Below the pieces are notes generated by a model. It searched no databases, was not told the DNA's origin, and saw only the letters and a list, made by a program, of their open reading frames with translations. This document shows positions 48,225 through 58,078 of a DNA stretch of 64,000 bases, in pieces; position 1 is the first letter of the stretch, and every line of letters begins with the position of its first letter. The translations under genes and the position numbers were made by a program. The DNA is from an uncultured Verrucomicrobiae bacterium (GTDB taxonomy: Bacteria; Verrucomicrobiota; Verrucomicrobiia; Chthoniobacterales; Terrimicrobiaceae): assembly GCA_963706955.1 (NCBI GenBank), contig CAVPOC010000006.1, positions 192,001 to 256,000 of the forward strand, read 5' to 3'.

Positions 48225-49320
48225 ATGAACGAAGTTGACTTGGTAGAGTTGCTGACGAGTGTTGTCAATCTCGGGGCATCAGACCTGCACCTCACCGTTG
48301 ATGCGCCGCCGCTGGTGCGCCTGAATGGCGATCTTACTCCTCTCGGGGAGAGCACGCTTGGGCGTTGATGCGTGCCGGAATAGCGTGCTTGCGGTGCTCA
48401 CAGAAAGCCAGCGCTCGCGACTCGAAGATGAATGGGAATTGGATTTTGCCCTTCAAGTTGACGGACTGGGACGATTTCGCGGCAACGCGCATTATTGCCG
48501 TGGGGCATTGGAGGCGACCTTCCGCTATATCCCTCATCACATACCCGAGTTGGCTGAGTTGGGACACGGCCCAGCCGTGCAACGAATTTGCGAACTCCAG
48601 CGCGGCTTAGTCCTTGTCACCGGCGTGACTGGCTCGGGCAAAAGCACCACGTTGGCAGCAATGGTCAGGCATATCAGTCAACGGCTGGCCGGGGTGATCA
48701 TCACGATCGAAGATCCGATCGAATTCGTTTTTTCCAACGCGCGCAGCATCATCAAGCAACGCGAGGTGGGGAGCGACACGCGTTCATTCGCAGAGGCATT
48801 GCGTCACGCTTTGCGGCAGGATCCGGACGTGATCCTGGTGGGAGAGCTTCGCGATACTGAAACCATCAGTGCCACCGTGACTGCGGCGGAGACTGGCCAC
48901 CTTGTTCTCGGAACGCTCCACACTATTGACGCGCCTAAAGCTATCGACCGCATCGTGGATGCTTTCTCACCGGAGCAACAACCACAGATCATCGCTCAGC
49001 TAGCGAATGCATTGGAAGCGATCGTCTCTCAGCGGCTGCTTCCGGGTGAGTCGGGCGGCAGACGAGTGCTGGCCACCGAGATTCTCGCGGCGAATACAGC
49101 CGTTCGGGCGACTATCCGTGAACGCCGGTGGGAACAAATCGTCGGTCTGATCGAGATTGGCGCCAAGGATGGAATGCGCACGTTCGACGAATCACTTGCG
49201 GAGCTCTACCTCAGCCGGCAAATCAGCAAAGAGCAAGCCATCGCCAACGCGCGAGACAAGACACGCTTCGAAAATATGCTGCGAATGCAAACCGAAAAGA
49301 AGCGAGGCCTGCTTTGGTGA
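48225..49320 (+). CDS. pilT: PilT family ATPase (frameshift near 48350)
   Basis: GASDLHL, GVTGSGKSTTLA, ALRQDPDVILVGELRD, AAETGHLV, AVRATIRE (AIRNLIRE-like), GMRTFD. Confidence 0.88.
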
Positions 49321-51231
49321 GTCGTTCCCTTTTCACTCTCTTTCTTTTTGTTACTTTGGCGAGCTCGAGCGAAGCATGGGAGCTGCGGCGTCTGCCCACG
49401 TCGGCGGATCGAGCAAAGGTTTTCGCCGACGGCTGGAGCAGTTCGCGAGATTCTCTCGCCAGTGCGCTCGTGGCTGCTTACCAGCCGGGTGGGCCACGTC
49501 GACCGGGTAGCACCGGCGTGACCGCTTATCGAGCTTGGATGCATCTCTGGAAGTGGTGCGACCTGCTTTCGCGAAGTGAAAGAAAAGAGGCCGCACGCCT
49601 GGTGGCTGCTCATCTCAGAGTATAGGCCGAGCAGAAAGCCGGTGTTTTATCCTCCGGGAGATGTTCCGGATCCAGGTGCGCACGCAGTCGACGTTGAGCA
49701 AGCCAGTGAGATCCTTGGAGATGCTTTTGCTTCAGCCGAGCTCCTGGGCCGGCTACTGCCGGTCGACTTGGGCAATCCGACCGACCGGGCTATCGCTGAT
49801 AGTTTGGACCCGAGTATCCTCGTCGAATGGATCAACGACGAAGAGCTTACTCGTTTGCTCTTTGCATACCTCTCCGAAAGGGATTACCAACCGGGGGTTC
49901 TCAAACGCTTGCAGGAGATTCGCCTGGCGAACGCTCGGAGGTTCTCCGAGTACCGTGCCCTCGCGGTCGCACTCGCCATCGTCTATGATCAAGCCTGGCC
50001 GACGTTTTGGCCGCATCGGCAAGTGGATCCTTAGCTCGTTCCCATCGCTGCAATACCGGTCGCCCAATGGTTCAACTTTTGGATCGAAAGCAACGAATCA
50101 CGCGCCCTTATGCTTGACCTGCGAAAGCTTAGTCCGGATCAGATCAAGTATATCGTGGACGCACCGCTCGATCTTGCGGAGTTTCGCTGGGCCCGAAAAT
50201 ATGCAAAGTACCAGCGCTCTGAGTTCGCCAAGGCGTTTGACGCGGTTAGCTATTCACGAGCGCGCGCGACTTCTGGCGCCTTTGTTTGGAGCCAGGGCGA
50301 ATACACGTTGCAGAATCTTCGCCAGCAGGCGGGCATCTGTGTTGATCAGGCGTATTACGCAATGATTGCCGGCAAAGCGCACGGCTTGCCTACGCTATTC
50401 TTCACTGGACAGGGGTCACAAGGGGGCCATGCCTGGTTTGGCTATATGAAATCGGAGAATCGATGGGTGGTGGATTGCGGCCGCGACAAGAACCAGAACT
50501 ACGCCATTGGAGAGGCCTTGGACCCGCAAACGTGGCTGCCAATAAGCGATCATGACCTTAAATTTCAGGCAAAGGGTCTCCGCAACGGCCTCGAGTATTT
50601 CTCCTCCCAAGATGACATTCTCATCGGCCGCATGAGCGAATCGATGGGCGACAGTGTCACATGCCTTGAGGGCATATGAAAGTGCCATTCAAGTATGTCC
50701 TGAGAATGGCTCTGGATGGTCGGCCAAAGCGGAATACCTTCGCCGCAGCCAGGCGTCACTCCAGGTCCTCAAAGCTCACCATCAAGCAGCGGTTCAGCAG
50801 TTTCTGACAGATCGAGACATGCGAGTGACCCACCAGCTGGCAATCGCGAGAATCGCCAGAGAGCAGGGCGCCACTCAGGAAGCAGAAAGCCTCGAGCGCC
50901 AGATCATCGCACAGAATAAGCGGCGAGCGCTCCGACCTGAGCGTAAGCGTAGCCGCGCAGAAGATCATCACTCTGGTCGAGGCGAGGCGCTTTGACGACG
51001 CCTTCGCCGAGTATCGTCGTCAGTTGACCGCCATTGGGAAGCTCGGGGGCGGAAACTTTTTTTACGACATCGTCCAGCCGTACGTGGAAGCGGTCTCGGC
51101 GGCCGGCCAAGCAGCCCAAGCCAAAGAGGCGCTCGCTTTGGCGCGCAAGACGCTCAAGCCAGAAGCATGGCGGCATTCTCGAAGGCGATCTTAGCGAACT
51201 TGAAAAGTCGCTCGGCAATGGCTCCGAGTAG
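49317..51231 (+). CDS. Secreted protein with a transglutaminase-like Cys-His-Asp triad (multiple frame breaks)
   Basis: Signal peptide; GICVDQAYYA, GGHAWFGY, RWVVDCG; GTGA overlap with the pilT stop. Confidence 0.65.
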
Positions 51232-51236
51232 CTAGC

Positions 51237-51518
51237 CTAGGCTGCTCTTTCCGGCGAGCGGATCTTCTCCTTCTCGCGCTCCCGCTTCTCTTCGAGGCGG
51301 GCAATCTCCGCCGAAAGCTGCTTGCGCAGCTCGGACCCGGCCTGAGGATCTCCGGCAGCCTTCCGCAGCTCATCCTCAAGGAAAAGTTTTCGTTCGGCGA
51401 TCTTCGCATTGATCTCGTTATCGATTTCCGCAAGTTTCGCTTTTTGTTCGTCTGTCAGCTTCTGGGTAGGGGACTCTTTTTCGAGCCGACTCATGGCAAG
51501 TTCAAACGCGGATTTCAT
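51237..51518 (-). CDS. Small coiled-coil hypothetical protein
   Basis: MKSAFELAMSRL..LTDEQKAKLAEID; charged and helical throughout. Confidence 0.75.
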   Translation of the reverse strand: MKSAFELAMSRLEKESPTQKLTDEQKAKLAEIDNEINAKIAERKLFLEDELRKAAGDPQAGSELRKQLSAEIARLEEKREREKEKIRSPERAA

Positions 51519-51633
51519 AGGTAAAGTATATTCAGCTTGCCCGATGATCGAAATGATTTTTCCGAGAATGCTCACCATCGTCTGCGGGCAGAGAGATTGG
51601 CGGTAATCGCGAAGCCGTGTAGCGTAAGCGACG

Positions 51634-52470
51634 ATGGCGCACAATCCGACTGCTCAGTACAGATTTTGATGGGACCTTGATCGCGATGGGATCACGTGGT
51701 CGTTGCTCGCGCCGATTTCGCAGCCGCTCTCGAGGAGCATAGAGACAACGGCGGGCTCTGGGCGATTAATACTGGCCGAACTCTCGATCACGCCATCGAT
51801 GGTCTCAAACTTTTCGATGCGCCGCTGGCGCCCGATTTTCTGCTGACTAATGAGCGGGAGATTTATCGGCGTGACGACGAGCGGAGACTGGGTGCCGCAC
51901 GGAGATTGGAATTCAGTCTCGCGTCAACGCCACGCCGAGCTCTTTAGAGGTGCCCTCGAGATGTTTGCCGTGGTTGAGCAACTCGCCCAAGAATCAGATT
52001 ACATTACAATTCTCTACGAAGATCAGCTTCCCGCCGGCTTGGTGACCAATTCAGAAGACGAAATGGAAATTGTCGCCGGCCAGATCCAGGATGCCGCCAA
52101 ACGATGGCCAGATTTCAGCTTTCAACGAAACAGCATCTACCTTCGCTTCTGCCATCGAGACTATCATAAGGGCTCAGCATTGGGAGAACTGTGTCGCTTG
52201 GAAGCAATTGAAATGCAGGATGTGCTCGCCGCCGGCGATCACTTCAATGACCTCGCCATGCTTGATGGCACATACGCTAAGAATACAGCCTGTCCTGCCA
52301 ATGCGATCGAACCGGTAAAAGAACTTGTCCGGCGCACTCAGGGATACGTCGCCGAAAAGTGCTGGGCCGATGGCGTGGCTGAAGCGCTCGCCTTCTATGG
52401 CACTTGGCGCACGAAGCGAAATGCTCCGCTCGAATTCCGGGGGGAAGTCGGGCTTACGCGCCCGGTTTGA
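51634..52470 (+). CDS. HAD-superfamily (Cof/IIB-like) hydrolase, frameshifted
   Basis: IRLLSTDFDGTL, INTGR, HKGSAL, AGDHFNDLAML, PANA. Confidence 0.82.
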
Positions 52471-52885
52471 GCCGATAGCGTCCGGCTCCGATACGCTGAA
52501 TCGTTCCAAGTTTCTTGCCGGTGCTGCTGAACCAAACATGAACATTTTGATTCTTCACACCAAGCTTCGAAGAGAGCTCTTTCACAGCGACACCTTTGTC
52601 ACCGGCAGCCGCAAGGCCGCGAGGATGCGGGCTTTCAGCGCGCCGCGTCTGCCGCCGGCCGCTTGAGCTCCGGAAAGCTTGCTCGCTCGAGTTGCCAGCC
52701 GGGAGCGCGCGACGGCGACCGCGGCCTCTTCTTCGCCGGCCGGTGGAGGGTTCGGACTTTCTGCCAGAATAGGCACCCGTAATGGCAGCTTCAATTCTCC
52801 TGAGTTCCTTGACGATGATGTCGCGCTTCTTCGTGAGCTTGACAAGTGCCTCAAGAGTTGAGGTAGTGATTTTTGAAAGGTCCAT
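52454..52885 (-). CDS. Small basic putative DNA-binding protein
   Basis: N-terminal amphipathic coiled coil, Arg/Gly-rich linker, C-terminal GVAVKELSSKLGVKNQNVHVWF...GRYRL (wHTH-like). Confidence 0.7.
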   Translation of the reverse strand: MDLSKITTSTLEALVKLTKKRDIIVKELRRIEAAITGAYSGRKSEPSTGRRRRGRGRRRALPAGNSSEQAFRSSSGRRQTRRAESPHPRGLAAAGDKGVAVKELSSKLGVKNQNVHVWFSSTGKKLGTIQRIGAGRYRLKPGA

Positions 52886-52958
52886 AAGGTGTCTTACTTT
52901 AGCTAACACCTATGCCATAGTGCAAGCAAATAATTAGGCATGGATCCTTTTTTGGCAT

Positions 52959-53640
52959 GTGGAGTGGATTGATTATGACGGTGAGCATTTAGAAATTCCG
53001 GTGGGTGGGGTGCATCTATGGTTGATTGAGCCTTCGTCTATTTATGAGCGTTATTTGGATTCGGCGGAACTATTGCGTTATGAAAGGATTTTGAACCCGG
53101 AAGTAAGGACGAGTTACAGTTGTGCGCAGGGCGGTCTTCGGCGACTCGCGGGCATTTACATGCAGCGGCCTCCGGAACAAGTGGCTATGCGGCGCCAGGC
53201 ACGCGGCAAGCCTTATGTTGAGGGAGCTCCGGAGTTCAATCTATCGCACACGTGCGGAAGGACGATCGCGGCATTTTCCCTAGAGGCGATTGGCATTGAT
53301 GTTGAGTCCGCCGAGCCGAGCAGTGCATGCTGACGAGCTGGCGACGGAGATTCTTTTTTCAGGAGGAGACGGCGAGAGATTATGAGCCTCGATGAGGCGG
53401 AGAGAAAGCTAACATTTCTTCGTTATTGGGTCTGCAAGGAGGCGATGGTGAAATTGAGTGGAGATGGCATTTATCATGGTCTCAGATATGCCCGAGTGGA
53501 CTTAGCGGCTGATGGGCGGTCTCGTGGAACCTATCAAGGGCGAAAAGTCTCTCTGCTGGGAGTTTCGCCCGGCGCATGACTTGGTCGCAGCCTTGGCTTC
53601 GTGGAAGCCGGTCGAAGCAAAAGGCTTCTTTCGAATCTAG
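52959..53640 (+). CDS. 4'-phosphopantetheinyl transferase (Sfp/AcpT-like), frameshifted
   Basis: RGKPY, FNLSHT, IGIDVE, F.RYWVCKEA.VK..G.G. Confidence 0.87.
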
Positions 53641-53663
53641 GAGGTGCTAAGGGAAGGGGAGGT

Positions 53664-54891
53664 ATGTCGTTTCAAAATCTTGGTTTGTCTGAGGCGCTGG
53701 TTCATGGAGTGCAAAGGATGGGCTACGTTGATCCGTCGCCGATTCAGCTTCGTGCGATCCCGCTGATTCTTTCGGGACGAGATCTTATTGCGTCCGCGCA
53801 GACCGGCACGGGAAAGACTGCGGCGTTTGGTCTGCCCCTGCTCTCTTTGTTGGATTCACCAAGCGGAGTTTCCCGCTGTCTAATTCTCGAGCCTACCCGC
53901 GAGTTGGCGATGCAGGTGGAGACGGCCTTCCGCGACTTTGCCAGATTTATGCATATTCGAGGTGGCTTTGATCCACGGGGGAGTTGGCTACGGCCGGCAA
54001 AACGAGGCTCTCAGCCGGGGCTTTGATGTCATCGTGGCCACACCGGGCAGGTTGCTCGATCACATGCAGCGCGGCGCGCTCAACCTCTCGCGGCTTGAAT
54101 TTCTCGTCCTCGATGAGGTCGATCGGATGTTGGACATGGGCTTTCTTCCCGATGTCCGGAGAATTGTCGAAGAATGTCCTAAGAAGAGGCAAACACTTCT
54201 CTTCTCGGCGACGATTCCTGAGGAAATTGAACGACTGGCGGCATGGTGTCTGCACAACCCGGTTAAAGTGGAAGTGGGGGTGAGGCGTTCCCCGGCGGAG
54301 ACAATCACGCATGCGCTCTATCCAGTTGCGGCCGCGCAGAAGTTCGAACTATTGACGGCACTGCTCGAACGGACGCAGTACGACAGCGTCTTGATTTTTT
54401 GCCGAACAAAGGAGGGGGCTGATCGCATCGCGAGACAGCTTAAGGCCGAGAATCACTCCCTGGCTGTGCTCCATTCCAACCGCACTCAACAAGAGCGCGT
54501 TGAAGCCCTTGAGGGATTCAAGAATGGGCGCTACGAGGTGATGGTTGCCACGGATATCGCGGCCCGAGGCATCGACGTTGCCGGAGTGAGCCACGTGATC
54601 AACTACGATGTTCCCCAACATCCCGAAGATTACGTCCATCGAATTGGGCGCACCGGGCGCGCGCAGAATGTCGGTGATGCTTTTACTATCATGACTGCCG
54701 AGGAGCTTCCGCACGTGAAGGAAATCGAGCACTTTATCGGTCAAAAAATTCCCCGGCTTAAGCTCGAAGGTTTCCCTTATATTTATTCGGCCATTTTCAA
54801 AGAGGAATCGGTCGAAGCCGCCTTGCGCAGCGCCAAGGGAGTCCGGACGCATCGCGGAATGTCGTTTGGAGTTCGTCGACGGCGTCGCTAA
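53664..54891 (+). CDS. DEAD-box RNA helicase (RhlE-like), frameshift near 53955
   Basis: AQTGTGKT, PTRELA, TPGRLLD, DEVD, SAT, ARGID, YVHRIGRTGRA. Confidence 0.94.
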
Positions 54892-54946
54892 AGCTGCCAA
54901 ACGGTTATTCTTTTTGCTGAAGCTGGCATCTAAGCGCACGCCTAGC

Positions 54947-55744
54947 CTACTCATCGGCGGCGAAGTTGAAGGCAGCGCGCAGATCGGTATCGGAAATATC
55001 CCAAAGCATTTCGTTGTGCCCGGATCCAGAGAGCCGCCAGAGCTTCTTTGGTCCCGAGTAAGATTCGAAGAGTCTGCGGGTGGACTCCGCCGGAATAATA
55101 GTGTCGTCATCTGCCATGATCACGGAGACCGGTCCGTGAAACTCTTGCAGAGCGCGTGATGATTGGTAGCGGTCCTTAAGAATAAGGCCGCTAGGAACGA
55201 CGGGATAATGTTTCCGCGCGACTGTCATGAGAGAATCAAAAGGTGCCAGAAGCACAAGTCCGGCAACGGACTCCTTCTTGCGCGCGGCGGCCTGACAGGC
55301 AACACCGCTCCCGAGAGATTCACCCAGGAGAACGATGCGTCTCGGCAGCAGGTCGATTGCCTCAAGGGCGGCGGCCACGAGCGAGCTTTCTGTCGGCGTT
55401 CCTTGGCGGGCGCCGTAACCGGGATATTCAAGAATGTAGATCGGGGAAGTGATGCCGGCCTTCCGCAAACGTGAGACCACCGCGCTGCGATGAAAAGCAT
55501 GTCCGGCGTTCCCGTGTAAGATGAGGATCGGAACTCCTCGACCTTCTTGAGTGTGCCAGCCAATGAAACTTTGATCGGCGTTGCGCCAAGGAACAAGGCC
55601 CTCGCGGGCGGCCAGAGACTCCAGAGTCTCGAATCGCGCATGTGAGGGATAGTAGATGAGGCTTCGTTGAAGCGCATAGGCGAGCAGTGTTGCCGCTCCC
55701 AACAAGACCAACACGACACCTGCGATCCGCGTGGCCATCTCCAT
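54947..55744 (-). CDS. Alpha/beta hydrolase (ABHD/YfhR-like) with N-terminal TM
   Basis: QRSLIYYP, LHGNAG, EYPGYG, GESLG, D..IP, GHN. Confidence 0.87.
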   Translation of the reverse strand: MEMATRIAGVVLVLLGAATLLAYALQRSLIYYPSHARFETLESLAAREGLVPWRNADQSFIGWHTQEGRGVPILILHGNAGHAFHRSAVVSRLRKAGITSPIYILEYPGYGARQGTPTESSLVAAALEAIDLLPRRIVLLGESLGSGVACQAAARKKESVAGLVLLAPFDSLMTVARKHYPVVPSGLILKDRYQSSRALQEFHGPVSVIMADDDTIIPAESTRRLFESYSGPKKLWRLSGSGHNEMLWDISDTDLRAAFNFAADE

Positions 55745-55910
55745 GGATAACGCTGGCGAAATCTCATGCCGGCGCAAGAGGTAAGCTCCTGTTACCAGGA
55801 CCCTCGATGTCCGTAGGAGTTTTTGCACGGCACTTCGGGCTTGATCCAGCGCCAAGCCTGGTCACGAAAGCTTGAAATCGGGCGTCCTTGCGGTAAAGGA
55901 AGGCGATCTG

Positions 55911-55947
55911 GCGCGATTAGCTCAGCGGTAGAGCGCCTGCTTCACAC
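55911..55947 (+). pseudogene. 5' half of host tRNA-Val(CAC); attL
   Basis: GCGCGAT-TA-GCTC-AGCGGTA-GAGC-G-CCTGC-TTCACAC, then unrelated sequence. Confidence 0.92.
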
Positions 55948-56305
55948 AGAGAAAACAGGGTATAGACGGAAGCGGACTATTGTGGACAATAGGTTAGGGG
56001 AGAAATGCTTAAAATTGATTTCCCGGCAGTTCCATAAATTTCAAAATGGACCAAAATAGCCTCAAATTTCCTTTGCCGGTGTAGACAACGGTATTGATAG
56101 GAAGAAGCCCTACGCTCCCATCTGCAAGAGCTGCCTCCACCGCTCGAATGACCCCTTTGAAGCCCCGGTTCATCGCCTCTTTGTAGCTTGCCCTTACCGA
56201 TGCCTCGACGTTGTGGCCGGACTTGTGCCGTGCTCAAGGCAGTATCGGAAAGAGCGCCGTGATTGGAAGAAGAAAACGGCGAAATCGGCGGATGAGACCT
56301 TAACG

Positions 56306-56818
56306 TCACTTCGTCGCAGCAGGCGGGGGCTGCGCTGGAGTTGTGTTGGCGATGACCATCCGCTTTTTCCAAACACCGCCGTCACGTACAGCTATCGATG
56401 CATGATGGCCCTTGGCATGTACGGGTTCCCCTCCCTTGGCTTGCCAAGTCATAGTCCATTCCCCGTTTTCCCATATCTCATTGCCATCGCCTATGGCGTG
56501 GGGAGAATTCGAATTCGGATCGTTGTACGTGGTGTGATTGTCGCTAAAATGCACATTTTGCATGACGTCTTTGTAATGCTTCTCGATTGCCTCCCGACCG
56601 TATATTGGTCCTGATGCCTCTATCAGAACAGCGTCATCCGTGTAGAGCGCAGCCAGAGCAGTGGCATCGTTGTTGTTCCATGCATCTTCGAATTTCTTAG
56701 CGAGTGCGAGAAGCGCCTCCCGTAGCTGTGGATCTGGGTTTTCAGTTTGTTGGGCAAGGGTCGGCCAAGCAAAGCTGATTGCCAGCCCTATAAGGGTAGT
56801 GACCAAGCGGATTTTCAT
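56306..56818 (-). CDS. Secreted NTF2-like (DUF4440/SnoaL-like) protein
   Basis: Signal peptide; F..AWN..DA.ALAALYT.DAV, G.EAI, W.NGEW, VRDGG.WK. Confidence 0.85.
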   Translation of the reverse strand: MKIRLVTTLIGLAISFAWPTLAQQTENPDPQLREALLALAKKFEDAWNNNDATALAALYTDDAVLIEASGPIYGREAIEKHYKDVMQNVHFSDNHTTYNDPNSNSPHAIGDGNEIWENGEWTMTWQAKGGEPVHAKGHHASIAVRDGGVWKKRMVIANTTPAQPPPAATK

Positions 56819-57135
56819 AGTCTTCTCCGGTGCTTAGGATGATTTGTCGTCTTACGTTGTCAGTGCCCTGAACGACGCTTCAAATGGATGCCTTGGATAT
56901 TCGGGTTCAATGAGAATCGCTCCAGCGAAAAGCGCCGGTGCGCTGAGGCCCGGATCTCTCACGAAATCTCGGTCAAGAGTTCCCCACCTCCTCAAGGTCT
57001 TTTTGCGCTGTGTCAAATGGCATCGAGAAGCCGCTGGGAATTCATATCGTGAAAATAGACGATGGTGGAGAAACGGCACAGGGGAATCTTTTACCTTGAA
57101 TGGTACTTTTGAGATTTTAGGGTATCCCGATCTTT

Positions 57136-57207
57136 GGACGCTTAGCTCAGCGGTAGAGCATCGCCTTCACACGGCGGGGGTCGTAGGTTCGAACCCTACA
57201 GCGTCCA
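57136..57207 (+). tRNA. tRNA-Val(CAC), island-encoded, intact
   Basis: Acceptor GGACGCT/AGCGTCC, D GCTC/GAGC, anticodon stem TCGCC/GGCGG with loop TTCACAC, T GTAGG-TTCGAAC-CCTAC, discriminator A; CCA not encoded. Confidence 0.95.
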
Positions 57208-58078
57208 CTTTAGTCGGTATCCGCCAAATTCCGGGTCTCCACCAAATTTTGGGGATGGGGTAGGTTTTTGGGGTTTGTTAGCCGCATTGAGCGATAACGC
57301 GAAGGCGGTAGTTGGAGAAGTTTTTAAAGCCGTAAGCTCGGCGTTGGATGAGTTTGATTTTGCGATGGAAGCCTTCAGTAATGCCGTTGTTTTTGGTAAA
57401 GCGCCACATGGCCGCCAAGGGTTCTCTCCAGCGCGATAAGGTGTCAGCCAAAGTCAACATCGAGGAGAAGCAACTGGCTTTGAGCTCAGCGATAAAATCC
57501 AGAAGTCTCTTAGCCAAAGGGCGGCAAGCACGCTTTGTTTGATGCTTAATATTCAAGAGGGCGCGCAGCCGATGCATGGCCTCATAGAGGGGTTGGAGAG
57601 CAGGGTATTTGGCAAAGAGGGCTTGGAGGCGCAGGCAATCAGTGGGCGCGAGGTTGTCCTCTCGTTTGCGCAGAGCCCCCAGGAAGCCGCGGTGGTTCTT
57701 GATTGTGGGGGCAATCTGGCGAGCTAACTCCAGGAAGTGCTGGGTGACAATGCGGATGACATGGAAGCGATCGGCAACGATCTTGGCTCTGGGAAAGTAA
57801 GAGGCAATCAGGCTGCGATAGGGACTGGAGAGATCGATGCAAACGACGCGCACCTTCTCTTTGCCTTGGAGGGCAGCCAGAAAGGAGCGCAGAGCGCTCG
57901 GAGATGCGTCCCGCAACGACGTCGAAGACGCGGTGGTTCTTCAGATCGCAGAAGGTGGTGGCAAAGCGCTGCCCTTTGTGCAGGGTGTGCTCGTCGATGC
58001 CGAGAACCTGAGGGCATTGCAGGCTCAAACGTTCTCTGGCCTGACGGGAAGTAAATTCCGCATAGATCCGCTCGACGG

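Noticed and set aside
50032..50034. In-frame TAG in the transglutaminase-like gene as amber readthrough
   Set aside because: It is a single case in an error-rich sequence, no pyl machinery is in the window, and TAG serves as a normal stop elsewhere.
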